The notes beneath the pieces were generated by a model that did no database searches, was not told the DNA's origin, and saw nothing but the letters and a program-made list of their open reading frames with translations. Position numbers and translations under genes: made by a program. A stretch of DNA of 63,311 bases, filler included, from Licmophora abbreviata (Eukaryota), in assembly GCA_900291995.1 (NCBI GenBank). It is 25 parts of 25 records of this genome, joined end to end, with 100 filler letters (N's around TTAATTAATTAA, not from the genome) between each part and the next. Parts side by side here need not be neighbours in the genome. Positions count along the whole stretch, not along the records: positions 45,687 to 47,215 come from OLMU01005936.1; positions 47,316 to 49,460 come from OLMU01005937.1; positions 49,561 to 51,711 come from OLMU01005938.1; positions 51,812 to 54,232 come from OLMU01005939.1; positions 54,333 to 55,889 come from OLMU01005940.1; positions 55,990 to 57,796 come from OLMU01005941.1; positions 57,897 to 60,171 come from OLMU01005942.1; 18 more parts are not named here. One strand, 5' to 3'. Numbering within the stretch: position 1 is the first letter of the stretch; every line of letters begins with the position of its first letter. Positions 45,695 through 58,549 of this stretch are shown in pieces.

Positions 45695-48429
45695 TTACGA
45701 ATTGAGCTGTATGGTCTTGGCGAGCTCCTCGGAGAGACTCTTCATAGCAGAATCCTCTTCTGACAGGCCGTTCGACTTGAATATCCGTAGAGATTCCCTG
45801 TAGAGCGATTCTGCCTGGTCCTTTTCGCCCTGTAGTGCCAGAATGTTGGCGAAAGAAGCAAGTGTCTTCGCCACGTCGCTTTTCTCTTTGGTGCAGTCTG
45901 CTGCGGAATGTTTCTTCTGGCGTTTCGTGAGCCGCTTGCGGCGAATGGCAAGAACCGTTGTCAGGGTGCGCAAGGCTCCATCATAATCCCCTTCGGCTAC
46001 CTGTCGTTCTGCAGTCTGGTCGAAGGCAACTGTCTTGTCTTCCGGCTTTTTGGGCACTGGTGGTGCCAACCTAAGTTCATCGCTGCCCAGTGAGTTGCTC
46101 TTCAGGAAACGATTTTCGGCCACCGCAAGCCGGGCTTGGATGAACCCGTAGATTTCGTGGTCTCTCGGAATACCTGTCGCACACGGAAATCAAAACATTA
46201 ACAAACATGATGAGATGGAAAGGAAGCGATCGGCTACAAGAGGCCGAAAAAAGTCTTACCATGAGCCTCAAGAAACTTGATAGATTCCTCGAGAACGAGA
46301 CATGCATCCGTAAACTCGCTCTTGCGCATGTGGACTGATCCGATTCCAGCAAGGTTCATTGCACAGTGCACCATATTCATACGCTGGTCGTCTCTCTGCG
46401 CGTCACTTGTAAGGCGCAGTTCCAGAGCCTCTGAGTACAAAGCAGTGGCCCGGTCGTAATCCTCATTTTTCTCTCGAGTTTCTGCAATCAGGTAAAGCGT
46501 ATGGGCAACTCGATCTTGCATGTCCACCATGTGCTGCGTCGGCTTACCGTTGGATCGCTTGATGGCATCATCAAGCGAAGATCGGTAGTGGTGCAAGGCT
46601 TCTTCGTAGGATTCAATAGCGTCCTCGTACTGACCGAGAATCGCTGTCGCCTTGGCCAGCCGGGAAAGAGTGTCCGCTATACTCACGTCGTCGACCCCAC
46701 TGAGTGCTATGGCCGCACTTTTCGCAGTCTTGTTTTTTTTCGGTCCACTTGTGCCGTGGCAGTGTCGAGCATCCTGTTGTACTCTGAGGGCACTGCTGTA
46801 GGCGAACAAGGCACTCTCCCATTCTCCGCGGAGAGCATAGCATTCTCCCATATTCTTCCAGACCTGTGCGACATCTGGATTGACACCACTGCCCGATGAA
46901 TACCCGATTCGTAGGAGGTCAGCGCGTCACTCAACTTCTCCGAAGCTTTGTCGTATTCCTTCCTGCGAATGTGAATAACGGCGAGATCGTTCAACGTACT
47001 GCCCACCATAGTGTGTTGATTTCCAAGTGAGTCTCGAGAGATAGCAATCGTTTTCTCGTACAAAGCAATCGCCTGGTTTTGATCAGAGTCTCCCGAGTCT
47101 CTCATGTCGAACAGCTTCCCAAGCTCGCGCGTGGCCATCGCCGTCCGCGGATGGGAAGGACCCACAGCCACTCGTAGTATTGACATCGCTGCTTTCTGCT
47201 CGTCAATGGCAACATNNNNNNNNNNNNNNNNNNNNNNNNNNNNNNNNNNNNNNNNNNNNTTAATTAATTAANNNNNNNNNNNNNNNNNNNNNNNNNNNNN
47301 NNNNNNNNNNNNNNNGGCAACATCGATCTCACCTCCTTCCTTGTAAATTCGTGCCAGGGTCCCGAGCGTATCGGCTACCTGTGGGTGGCCTTCCCCAAGG
47401 CATTCGCACCCTTTGTCAAGCACCTTACGGAGCTGGTGCACAACTTCTTCGTACAATCTTTCTCGGGCCGTCTTCTCCTTGGTAAGCAGCATGCGCCGTC
47501 TTGTTTGGAGCATCCCTTCGTGCATAGACTTTCGATCCATGAAGCTATCCCGCGCCGTAGCAAGGCGGCTCAGCATGACATCCATCTGCTGCAAATGTGC
47601 GTCGACATCGACGACTGATGCGGCACTTCCGATGTGTGCCTCCATCTTCGAGTAGCTTGTGTACGCCTCGCGCGCTTCATTACAGGACTTGATGGCCTTG
47701 TCGTAGTCGCCGAGACGTTCAAATAAGATGGCCATGGCCGTTCGCACTCCGGCAATGGACGATGATGCCTGCTCCCACGATGCCATGAGACGGCCTGTGA
47801 GCGTTGGCGTCTGGCCCGAAAACTCGAGCTGCTTCTTGATTCGTGCCAACTCGCCAAGCATGACCTTGAGGGCGCGGCCGTACATGCGAAGGGCATCCGG
47901 CTCCTTCCCTCTCGAAGCGAGTCTACTTGCCATGTCCTTATATCGGCGAACTTCATCGAGAGCCCGGGCTTCACGAAGCTGGGGATGCTTGGCGTCGCCA
48001 TCTTCGGCGACGAACGACGATCTTCGAGGCCTTGATTGGTGTGGGGTATTCTCGCCCTGGGCCTGATTGTCTTCTTCTCCTTCTTCCTGCACATGATCCG
48101 TGCGATCTTTTGGTCTTCCTTGATGCAGTATCTTCTTTCCGGTGATACTGTGTTTGCTTGACTCGGCCGAAGAGACACTAGAATTGTCGTCGATCGTCGC
48201 GAGAAAAAGGGGGCGCGGCTTCTGATACTGAGAAGGTGTTGTGGAAATATCGGGAATAGCAGGCCTTTCCGCATATTTCGAAACCTCAAACGAAGGCTTG
48301 TGCACATCCCCTTCTCCACTGACGGCGTCTTCGAAGTCTGAGACCCGCGTAGGACTCTCTTGATGCTCTTTCGAAGAACCCACGTGGCTTTCGGACGTTT
48401 TTCTCCGGGCTCGCAGTTATGGACGCCAT
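45695..48429 (-). CDS. Tetratricopeptide-repeat protein (kinesin-light-chain-type TPRs)
   Basis: Repeated LG..HP.VA.TL..LA..Y helices; the frame continues across gap 47216 through an 8-bp overlap; intron near 46175-46259; apparent frameshifts near 48400 and 46870. Confidence 0.82.
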
Positions 48430-49098
48430 TTCTCAACCGCTCTCGACTGTTTTCACTCGATCGTGCAGCAAATGGATTGTGGGCGATGGTCGCGGCGTAG
48501 GAAAACAATCCCACGATCTTACAACGTTGGTTGCACACACGATGCGCCTCCCGTGTCAGTCACGATAATCGTAGTAGCAAGCAGCACGCATCAAAACAAC
48601 ATCTCTCGCTAATCTTGCAAGCAGAAGCGAAGTGGGTTCCACACACGCCTGCCCGATATTCGGCGTTTTGTATTGTAAAAGGATTTAATACATGTTGTAT
48701 GTTACAGATCGCTGATTCGAGAATCCACTTAAATCTTCGAAACTTTTAGCAATACACATCCTAACTTATGTTACATATTCACTCATATTATATAGGGATA
48801 TAAATATTCGCCCGACATGCTTCCTATAAAGACTATAGCACGTAGTGTATCATAACTTGGTACTGGTAGTATCGTACTAGACATGTACTATACACAAAAG
48901 GTCGCAAACACAAAATTTCAAAAAATATCGAATAGTTTCGTGCAAAATTCTGAAAATTCCAAACTTTCAGCACAAAAGGCGAACTCACGAACTCATCACG
49001 ACCACATTCCCAAGCCGCCACAAGAGTGGACCCGCTTCTCAACACATTCATCATCAACGCGCCATCACTTTCGAGACGCAACACAATTTCTCACTACT

Positions 49099-49407
49099 AT
49101 GGCAAAAGATCGAATTAATACCGAAAGCTGGTCCAGCTTTCATCAGAGACACTCGAGTCGCAGTGCGTTTCGGGACAACAAGTACTGTGGATCGTCCATG
49201 ATGTGCAGGGCCCGTGATGACGACGAAACGTCGTGGTTTTCCAGTTTTGTCGAAGCTCTCTTTGGGCCTTCCTCTGACAACGAAATGAGGCGATCAGACG
49301 ATGATTCAATCGGTAGTTCAGGATCAAACGGTGACAAGCGGAGGAGAAGACGAATTCTTCCCAAGAGACCCATTAAGCGCAAGAACGGAGTTCGAGTTGG
49401 CGCATAA
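49099..49407 (+). CDS. Short hypothetical protein
   Basis: ATG in an A/C-rich leader context downstream of an AT-rich promoter-like region; 102 aa, basic C-terminus, no domain recognised. Confidence 0.35.
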   Translation: MAKDRINTESWSSFHQRHSSRSAFRDNKYCGSSMMCRARDDDETSWFSSFVEALFGPSSDNEMRRSDDDSIGSSGSNGDKRRRRRILPKRPIKRKNGVRVGA

Positions 49408-49713
49408 GCAGAAATTCTTGTATCAGGCACGAGGAATGAAAACAAAACATCTGCCACGCGNNNNNNNNNNNNNNNNNNNNNNNNNNNNNNNNNNNNNNNN
49501 NNNNTTAATTAATTAANNNNNNNNNNNNNNNNNNNNNNNNNNNNNNNNNNNNNNNNNNNNATTTGAAATTGCGGGACCCAAACTCAACTCCGAATATGGC
49601 TGATGTACGAGAAAAAATAATTCGAATCGAATCAATCAATCAAGAAGTTGAAAGTCGTGTGGGGTTGTTTGTATATACCTGGCAGTCTATCATACGGGTA
49701 GACAGCGTTCTCT

Positions 49714-51138
49714 CTAGGAGGAGTTTGCCGGAACACGCTTCGATGCAGCTTCCTCGATTACCGGCAGAGCATTTTCTTTCCAGTTGTCGTGCCATCTTGT
49801 TCGATCGCGCAGATTATCCGCCAGCTTTCGTAGCTGCGAATCCTTCTTGTGGGTCACAATCGGCGTCAGCAGATCATGCAATTGCCGCGACAACTGGCCG
49901 CTCGTCGTAAACAAACGTCCATTGATTCCGTCTAGTACGAGTTCCGATAGGCATTCAAAGTCATAAGCGCAAACAGGAACTCGGCAGCCAAACAGGTCCA
50001 GCACTTTCATGGGGAGATCGAGACCGGAAGTAGACGTGTGAAGCGATATCCCTAAATCGGCGCATGCCAAAAGTCGAGGATAGTCGGCGGGTTCCAGCCA
50101 TATCGTTTGGACAGACACATTAGTAAGTTTGAGTTTCGATATCTTCTGCTCATACATGGCCTTCATGGGGCCTTTTCCGGTCACAACAACCAGTACTCGC
50201 AGCGTGGATTGTTCGTTTGAAATCCTCTCGTCCAAAGATATCAATGCCTCCAACAGAATTCCAAAGTCCTCGTCCTCGGTCCACGATGTCGAACTTGTGA
50301 CGAGCGCAGGTCGACCTCGCCTCGAAACGATCTCTCCGTTCCGCTGTTTCGTTGTTAAAATAGTGTCACACGACAAATTTAGTTCTTCGTACCACGTCCT
50401 CGGGCAGTTGGCGGTTAGCATCTTGGAAAGTCGCAGCAGTACCTCGTGTTGTTCCGCTAGTTTCAGAGGACGAAACAGGGACGGAGGACAGTCATAGAGG
50501 ATGCGGATCTCCCTCTCGCTCGACGCAGCGACCCCGACATTCTCCAATAAGAACGTCTTCATGGCAGCGGTCACACACAAGTGTCCATCCGCAAGATACT
50601 TGCCGACGGTACGCTCATAGCCTTCTGCCACTTTTGCAATGACACTGCCCCGTCTCAGCATTGAGTATCCCAAATTGTGCCAATCAATTACAAGTGCTGC
50701 GCTGATGCCTCTATGTATCCATTGCAGGCGACATCGGGCATACGAAAGTACTATGAGTGGCATCGCGGGAGGGTTCTGCACCAATACACAGTCGACGGTG
50801 CGGCGGCGAAAGGCGACTTCCAGCGCCCCTGCCAAATTGTAGACGAGACTGATAAGACGCCATACGTAGTAGAAAAGCACGATCTTACGAAAGGATTGAG
50901 GAGGAGACGATGTCGAAAACCGAATGACTCTCAACCGTTGCGTTTGAGTCGACGAGGACGACAGATCTGGAATCAGATCCTCTCCGTCGTAGCCCAGGAG
51001 TGAGACGTAGTGCCCTTCTTGCAAGAGAGACAAGGCGTGGTACTGCATCCGTGGCGACCTCCCAAGGTCTCCCATGACCACAACGGCCACATGGAGAGGT
51101 CGTTGGGAGGTATCGATGGGCCTAGAGTCGTTGCTCAT
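49714..51138 (-). CDS. ALG1: Chitobiosyldiphosphodolichol beta-1,4-mannosyltransferase
   Basis: VVVMGDLGRSPRMQYHALSL, LVQNPP, IDWHNLGYS, RPALVTSSTSWTEDEDF, TGKGP, ADLGISLHTSTSGLDLPMKVLDLFG. Confidence 0.96.
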   Translation of the reverse strand: MSNDSRPIDTSQRPLHVAVVVMGDLGRSPRMQYHALSLLQEGHYVSLLGYDGEDLIPDLSSSSTQTQRLRVIRFSTSSPPQSFRKIVLFYYVWRLISLVYNLAGALEVAFRRRTVDCVLVQNPPAMPLIVLSYARCRLQWIHRGISAALVIDWHNLGYSMLRRGSVIAKVAEGYERTVGKYLADGHLCVTAAMKTFLLENVGVAASSEREIRILYDCPPSLFRPLKLAEQHEVLLRLSKMLTANCPRTWYEELNLSCDTILTTKQRNGEIVSRRGRPALVTSSTSWTEDEDFGILLEALISLDERISNEQSTLRVLVVVTGKGPMKAMYEQKISKLKLTNVSVQTIWLEPADYPRLLACADLGISLHTSTSGLDLPMKVLDLFGCRVPVCAYDFECLSELVLDGINGRLFTTSGQLSRQLHDLLTPIVTHKKDSQLRKLADNLRDRTRWHDNWKENALPVIEEAASKRVPANSS

Positions 51139-51381
51139 GGTCCACGACCTTTACCGCCGCACCGCTGTGAGTGTGAATCGAGGGGACTTGACTCCATCGA
51201 CTCAAACAATGACTTGAGGTGCCACGCGGAAGTCTCTCATCACAGCTGTTCACCTTTTCTTTTGAATTCGAAGATCGCGAGATCGATGATGAGGAGCGGC
51301 GTCACACTGTGATGATCTCTTTACCGATGACCACATCTGTTGTGGTTCTCTTGACGTTGAAAGTACTTTGAATCTGGCGCA

Positions 51382-52218
51382 ATGGTTCGTCTGGGAATGG
51401 CAATCGTGGCTCTGTTGGGATCGGCGCTTATGCTCGAAACAGGATCTACGGATCCCGCAAAGTGCTCGTCGCCCATGTCAATAGTGACCGTTGCTTCCTT
51501 CGTGCCACCGGCCACGCCTACGTTGACGCGGTCATCAATGCCCACTGCCTCATTCTTCTCAACTGCGCTCCTGGCAAAGAAGAAGGCATCCGCCAAGAAA
51601 CTGCAAGTCAAACTGCTCAAACATGTGGCAGGGACCGGTCAGGCAGGCGATGTCATTCAGGTGACACCGGCATTCTTTCAAAACAAGCTGCGGCCAACCA
51701 AGTCGGCCACGNNNNNNNNNNNNNNNNNNNNNNNNNNNNNNNNNNNNNNNNNNNNTTAATTAATTAANNNNNNNNNNNNNNNNNNNNNNNNNNNNNNNNN
51801 NNNNNNNNNNNCATTCTTTCAAAACAAGCTGCGGCCAACCAAGTCGGCCACGCCCATTTCGGACGAGGAGGTAGAAAAGGAGGAATACCAACAAAAAACG
51901 GAACAAGAAGAGAGGGTTTGCGCCGCAACCACTCTCAAGGAACGACTGTCTGACTTCACACTGCACGTTACGCGCAAGGCCGGTCCCGATGGACAGCTGT
52001 TTGGAGGTGTAAGTCCAAAGGTTATTTTGGAAGAGTTGAAAGGTCAAGTCAGTGATGACTATTGGAATCAAAAGCAGGTGAAGATTGCGGGAGTGACCCA
52101 GGATGGGAAGAAAATGCGAGGAGACATCAAGCACGTGGGAGAGTTTGGTGCCACAGTGTCGCTAGCACCAGACGTATCTGCGAAGGTGTCCATTCTAGTC
52201 GACGCGGAAGATAAGTAG
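51382..52218 (+). CDS. rpl9: Organellar (probably plastid) 50S ribosomal protein L9
   Basis: VKLLKHVAGTGQAGDVIQVTPAFFQNKLRP; RKAGPDGQLFGGVS and DIKHVGEF. The contigs either side of gap 51712 overlap by about 40 bp, giving one continuous frame. Signal peptide plus VAS|FVP. Confidence 0.88.
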
Positions 52219-52353
52219 TGGTTCGCACAATGGCAGCTATGGGAGAGGACCAGCCGCAGCATCATAGTGGATTAGCTGGAATCATTGCTGGTGTTACTTT
52301 TATCGTCACATGTCGCTAGTCAATGCCATTCTCACAGCTACCATTGTCAAATT

Positions 52354-53264
52354 CTACAAATTCCCGAGTAACGACTGCTCGAGTGGTATCGGTCCACGCG
52401 ATTCGTTCAAGGCATCCGCCACCACATCGTATCCGTCTTTTGTTTCTATACACCGCTTCATATAGCACTGGCCCACATCATCCGTTGATATGACCCTAGC
52501 CGTTCCATTTTCCACAACAAAGGCAGCCGTTTCGTCGATTCCCAAGCATCGTTGCTCGGGGTGAGTCAACATCATGGCGTCCGAATCCAATGATCTTGGA
52601 GTGCCGTTACTTTGAGTTGCATCGTGATGTGGGACACACATGACAGGCAGTAAGCCAAGGCCTTGAACTCTGCTCAAACGGAAGCAAAAACATGTGAGTG
52701 TGACCTCAGACTCCGTCGCCGAAGCAAGTTTCTCCGATATTCGGGATCATCCTACCTTATGTACTGCCAGTCCTTCTTTTGTTGATCTGTCAAGTTCGGG
52801 TCGACATGTAGAAAGGTTGAAGGGTCCATTGAGTCCGAGTGGCCATGTTCAAACCAACATATTGCTCCTGCACTCCCTCCACATAGTACTACACCCTCGT
52901 TCGCAAGTCGCAGGAGTACATCATCGATTCCCAAGGCTTTCCATCGGTTCATGGCGTACAACGTGTTGCCCCCACCCACCATGACAATGTTCGCCGACTC
53001 TAATATCTTTTTTATCTCCAGTGTAGATGGAATTCGTTCAACAGCTTCGCTCACATCGAGCTTAATCACTTGGCATTGGTTTTCGTATCCCTTTGTCTGG
53101 ATACGAAAAGGCTCCTCCTTGTCGTACGTCGCAGTTCCCAAATAAACGAGTCTGGGACGTAATTCTCCGACTTGGGCAAGTCCGATCACTGCTTCGATTA
53201 TTCGAGGATGACTCATGGTTCGTCCTCGACCAGCCGCGACGATTCGCAGCGATGACGACGCCAT
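52354..53264 (-). CDS. Peptidase S51 family (dipeptidase E-like); 2 exons
   Basis: LVYLGTA, IVMVGGGNT, nucleophile motif GGSAGAICWF, GLGLL..CVPHHD and LGIDE; intron 52670-52755. Confidence 0.85.
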
Positions 53265-53589
53265 GGTCAGTTGGATATTAGTTGTCAGGCAGCACTGCAT
53301 GAGAGGAAAGCTGTTTCGAATAAGTTGAAAGAGTTGTTCTTTGGCGCGCTGACGGTTTTGACTTCAGGCTGACGTATGCGTCGAAAGATTTAGCTGATTT
53401 TGGAGCACATGACCCAATCTCGGACAGCCGCACAAAATACGCCGGGCAGTAAAAATTGGCGCGAAACAAAATCCGACGAGTTTGAAAGAACAAACTCTGA
53501 TGCGCTTCATGAGCAAACTGTCGGCAGCGTGAGGATCTCGTCGTACCTGGTACTGGTTCAGTTTCGGTGTTGCAGTACCTGATAATTCA

Positions 53590-55429
53590 ATGAGCGGGAA
53601 CTGTCACATACTTCTCATCGTTGCTGTTTGTATAGTGGCGTCATGTCGTGCGAGAACGACGACTGCGTTCTCTCTGTCAGAGAGTGGACGCATCCGACGG
53701 CGACCATTCTCTGTCAGCATATCGCTAGAAGAATCGACACGAAGGGGGAACAAAGGCAGTCGGAGACGGAACTCAAACAAGAAATCCTCAAAGAATAGTT
53801 TCTACCGTCCTAAACGAGAGCCAGCGCCAAGACCTGTCCTGACAGACTATGCTGCGAATCGCAACCATGCTGTCAACCAGCAACGCTTGACGTCCGCGAT
53901 TGGCTGCGAACACTTTGATTCCTGCCCGGGGTGTGTCGTGAATGATCATGTAGGAAATGTTGACGTCATTCAGTCGGCCAAGCTCTACTTTTCTTCTACA
54001 GCGGTGCGATCTCACCGTATGGATGCTGTCAACGACTACGAGGATGACGAGGATGACGAGGATTTTTTTCAAGTCGTTATTCCGTCATCGCTCACAGAAT
54101 GGAGGTCGCAAGCCAAGTTGGCGGTTGCCCCGAAGTCGTCTTCTTGGGCACGGGATGGCTGTATCTTCGGCTTGTACCAGCGGGGGACGCATTCAGTATT
54201 GAGTATTCCGAACTGTAAGGTGCACCACCCTTNNNNNNNNNNNNNNNNNNNNNNNNNNNNNNNNNNNNNNNNNNNNTTAATTAATTAANNNNNNNNNNNN
54301 NNNNNNNNNNNNNNNNNNNNNNNNNNNNNNNNAAGCCTTGGAGAATGCCACACAGCGAGTTGGAACAGCCGCGTATGAAAAGGATTCAATGCAGGGAGGC
54401 CTGCGTTATGTTCAGTGTCAAGTGGATCGTTTAACCCAAAAAATTGGATTGACGCTAGTGTGGCATGCGGAGACACTCAAGGAAACGCAACCGGCACTGT
54501 CAAGACTGGTGAAAGAGCTACAACGCTCCGAGCCCGACTTGTGGCATAGTATTTGGTGCCATTGCAATAACGGCATGGGAAATAACATCTTTTCACGCAA
54601 CTCGAATCGATGGCACCGTATGGCTGGTCCAGAATTCATGCGAGAACCAGTTCCCGTGGGAAACAAGGGGTGGCTTTACTTCTCGCCGTTGGCCTTTCGA
54701 CAGGGTAACCTGAATGGCTTTGATGTGCTGGCAACAGACGTGGCGAAGCATGTACCGGTTGGAAGTCGTGTCTGTGAGCTTTATGCGGGAGTGGGAGTCT
54801 TAGGGTTGACGGCATTGGCGTATCATCATGAACAGGGTGATCCGCTGGCGTGGGTGCGATGCAGCGATGAGAATCCCGCCAACCCCAGGTGTTTTCACCG
54901 ATCGGTAGACTCATTGCCGGCAGATATGACTGGTAAGAAAAGAGACTCTCGCAAGAAGGAGTCGTCAGCGGGAATGACGCTGGGGCAACTGATTGCGCAG
55001 ATGGAGTCGGGAGAACCTTCGAGTTCCTCGTCGAACGAAGTGGCCGAGAAAACTTCTTACATGGTGGCATCGGCGGCCAAGGCACTCAAGGAAGGACAAG
55101 CGTTGGGTGCAAATGTGCTTATTGTGGATCCTCCCCGAAGGGGACTCGAAGAGGAGGTTCTGCAAGTACTGTGCAAGCCTTTTGATCCTAGCCAGCCATA
55201 CGTGGAGAGTAAGAATGTGCTAACTGTTCCCGATCACAAAGTGAGCTGGGCGAACGATGTCGAAACTCTCATCTACGTCAGCTGTGGATTCGACGCTCTG
55301 GCACGAGATTGTGAGATGCTGCTTTCGAGTCGAGCTGGCTGGATGCTGGAAAGCGCAACTGGCTACGTGCTGTTTCCTGGAAGCGATCATATTGAGACAC
55401 TGGCTGTCTTTCAGCGAAGGCTCTCATAG
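53590..55429 (+). CDS. RNA (uracil-C5)-methyltransferase, TrmA/RlmD family, probably plastid-targeted; spans a gap
   Basis: CEHFDSCPGC Fe-S motif, FSPLAFRQGN, ELYAGVG, VDPPRRG, LIYVSC (catalytic Cys), LFPGSDHIET; signal peptide plus TTA|FSL. Confidence 0.88.
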
Positions 55430-55712
55430 ACCGAGTAAAACCTAGGCCTTTTTCTCTTTTCAGAGCAGTGATATCTCGTGCTAGGACCTGTTATTGAGAG
55501 TCAGTCATGCGCGAAAGATCCTTTGAATACAGATCCGGGTTACTAGTGCATCCAGGCGCGTCGCGAGAAGCGATGAGAGTGGATGACCCGGCGATGCTGC
55601 ATGCTATGATAAATACATTCCGTCGACAAAGGATCCATCGGTGAGAATAGTGAAGATCAAAGCGCCAAAGGAGAGCGAAAACACAATTTAGCGTCCCCAA
55701 AGCATCGTGATC

Positions 55713-55889
55713 ATGTCAGAGAAGCCCTTGTATGTGTCAGACCCCGAAAAGTGGCTCGAAGAAGTCAACAAGAATGCCTTAGTCTGCATCATCATCTTTA
55801 GGGGCAGCTTTTGCAAGTTCGATGAATATTATCTGAAGCATCTAGGGGAATTCAACAACAAAGAAATGAAAAAGGAAAAGGTTCACTTG
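55713..55889 (+). CDS. Possible AhpC/TSA (redoxin-like) protein, 5' fragment
   Basis: IIIFRGSFCKFD resembles the FxRGxWCPxC motif of peroxiredoxin-like proteins; truncated by gap. Confidence 0.45.
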
Positions 55890-56181
55890 NNNNNNNNNNN
55901 NNNNNNNNNNNNNNNNNNNNNNNNNNNNNNNNNTTAATTAATTAANNNNNNNNNNNNNNNNNNNNNNNNNNNNNNNNNNNNNNNNNNNNTTATGCCTGTT
56001 CACGCCGATCTCTGTAAGACGTGCACACACATGAGTGATGTGGAGGGGTGCTGGATCATGTAGCTGAGCTGATGCGGTCTGGGATCGGTTTTTGTTTGCG
56101 GATCGACGAACTCGCTATCTTCGTGCAGTCGACGCTGTGCCTGTCTCCTGTCGTGAAGATGTTCTATTTGTGATTGTTTCT

Positions 56182-58211
56182 CTAACTGAGTCGAAAGCTT
56201 TCGGGTCCAATATCATGTAAAAAGAAACGTTTTGCAATCAACTGTAGTACGCGCTTTCGTCGTGCGTTCGTCGTGGTGTCGGATCCAAGCTCGTATAGGG
56301 TGCACAGATTGAACGACATTCGTTCCGTGAGAAAGGCCGTTGGGTCCTCCCGCACTAACGACTCCATCACCCGCACCGCTTCATTTCGTCGACATGTATA
56401 CAAGGCACACAATGCAAGATTGTTGCAACAGATCGTCAGTACCGAATGCGTCGCATCCACGCCAAGAATTGTAGGGCCCAGCCAACGCTCCGCGCGGTAC
56501 ATCAATTCTGTCGTGTTCGCATTGTCTGAATACAGCAAGGATCGTTGATGATCAATGCCTTTTCGAAAGGCCGATATGGCTTGTTCGTAGCTGTGGTGCG
56601 CAAAATACAAGAGTCCGTCGTTGACATGCAAATGCGCAGGAGCGCGCTGTACTACGTTGTGTAGAAGAACTTGAGCGAGTATTGCCTTCGACAGGGACGT
56701 GGTGGATGTACTCACGTCTGTCCATGCGGCACGTGCTTCCTTGATTAACGTGGCAGCTTCACCCAAGGCTCCTACTTGAAGAAGAATCTTGGCTTGGCGC
56801 GATAACACTTCACATTGAAAAGCGCCCAGCAGAGTCTTGGAGACGACATGTCGCTCCTCGTCCGACGACTGTACTTCCTTTTCTGTATTCTGTAATGGGT
56901 AAGTTGGAAGCTGTAAGATACGAAAGCAAAATTCGAGCAAAAGCATCTCCAAAAACACGTACCGATAGATAGAGTCCATCTTCGACGTACTCCGCAACCG
57001 CTTCTGGTAGTATTCGTGATACTTCATCGAGCGCCTGCAGAGCCATGCGCCATTCCTTCTGTCGAATGTACGCATTCGACAGGGACCCATTCACGCACGC
57101 CACCCATATCTTGGCACGTTGTTCCTTTTGGAGGGTGTCGCGAAGCGCTAGTAGCACGTCGGCGCACGATTGAGCTGAGTCTGTGTACTGCAAGCTCTCA
57201 GCCGCCAGAATGTCTGTAACATGAGACAATGAGACAGTTGTGAGAATCAAGACACCGTGGACGCTTTTCCTTCCTTCATTGCTACGTACGCAAACTCCAT
57301 GGAATCCAAGATGGGGACTCGCACGATGGATTGTTCTGAGGGACAAAGTTCCACTGCTCCACTTCCGACGCCAATTCCGTGTAGCGACGCAGCTGTAGCC
57401 ACGCGTGGCATTCCAACGTCAACGCCTCGACCATCTCTTGCTGCATCTTTTCCACTGCTGTACTTTCGTCGCCACTCGAGCTTATCATAGTAGGAGTATT
57501 CTGTGTCAGCGAGGCATACAAGGGTGCGTACTGGGAGGAAGGATTTCGCAAAAGGTCACCCGAAATCTGCAGAACGTCACCCCAGGCACGTCGTAGTACG
57601 AGCGTTCGTAACCTGTTAATTCCCTGCTCATGCAAAGGTAGCGGCAGGGGCCGGAGCATTGGTGGTAGATGATAGGTACTTGTCCGCATGGATGGTCCCT
57701 GCAGAAAGGTGTCCGCCAGCGAGTCCAACGATCGACTGATCGGCGAAGCGATCTTGGATTTCGGAGCGGGCGGTGGAGACTTGGTCATAGCAGGAGNNNN
57801 NNNNNNNNNNNNNNNNNNNNNNNNNNNNNNNNNNNNNNNNTTAATTAATTAANNNNNNNNNNNNNNNNNNNNNNNNNNNNNNNNNNNNNNNNNNNNCGCA
57901 ACGACAGTGGGGGTTCCAACTGCTGTGGAAGGAGCTGGGGGAACTATCGTTCCACTATTCGGGGGAGTTGGGGCGACTGGACCGGTGCGTTCGGATAGTT
58001 CGACGCTGCTGTTGGGAGGCGGCGAAGCTAGAGGGTGATTGGCACCCGCCGGATTCGTCGCCATTGCATTCGTGCTGCTGTTCGTCGCAGACGCTCGTCT
58101 TACGCCTGCTCCATGCACGTTCTGGACAGTAACCAGAGGGGTAGAATGCCCCAAACCTCCGCCTTGGGAGCCTCCAGCGTTGCTGCTGTCCGACGGCGTC
58201 GCCATGGTCAT
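56182..58211 (-). CDS. TRAPPC12: Trafficking protein particle complex subunit 12 (TPR); multi-exon, spans a gap
   Basis: C-terminal NNLALCALY..A...ESLVREDP..LTERMSFNLCTLYEL motif; RAWGDVL and PWSLR; introns near 57215-57287 and 56891-56962; disordered N-terminus. Confidence 0.78.
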
Positions 58212-58549
58212 CGACACGAAAAAAGTGTGCAGCAGCAGCTCTCGTCGGGTTCGCGCCTGCTACCCCACGCGCGTCATCGAAGACACACCGCGCGGACGGC
58301 CTGGCCTTTGTCCCGGGGGTTGAGTTGCACGAAGCTACACAAGTCGCAGACGATAACGAAGGGGTCCACCGGTACCCAGGAGCACATGAGTCTACCGGTA
58401 TTCGAGCTAGTCTTATATGCGACGATAAACACTATTCTGACGCAGGGTCTTACGAGTTATAACGTGTAGTGCTCTCTGTATGATATGCAAATTACCTATG
58501 GAATGATAGTATCATGGAACTTCTGGCCAGTGAACCCTCGATGTAGCTC

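Noticed and set aside
47570..48538. 322-aa alternative-frame ORF overlapping the TPR gene
   Set aside because: Arg/Ser-rich shadow frame with no domain; the TPR frame explains the region.
48660..48970. AT-rich tract as a possible diatom centromere-like low-GC element
   Set aside because: Only about 300 bp and located between divergent genes; better explained as an ordinary promoter region.
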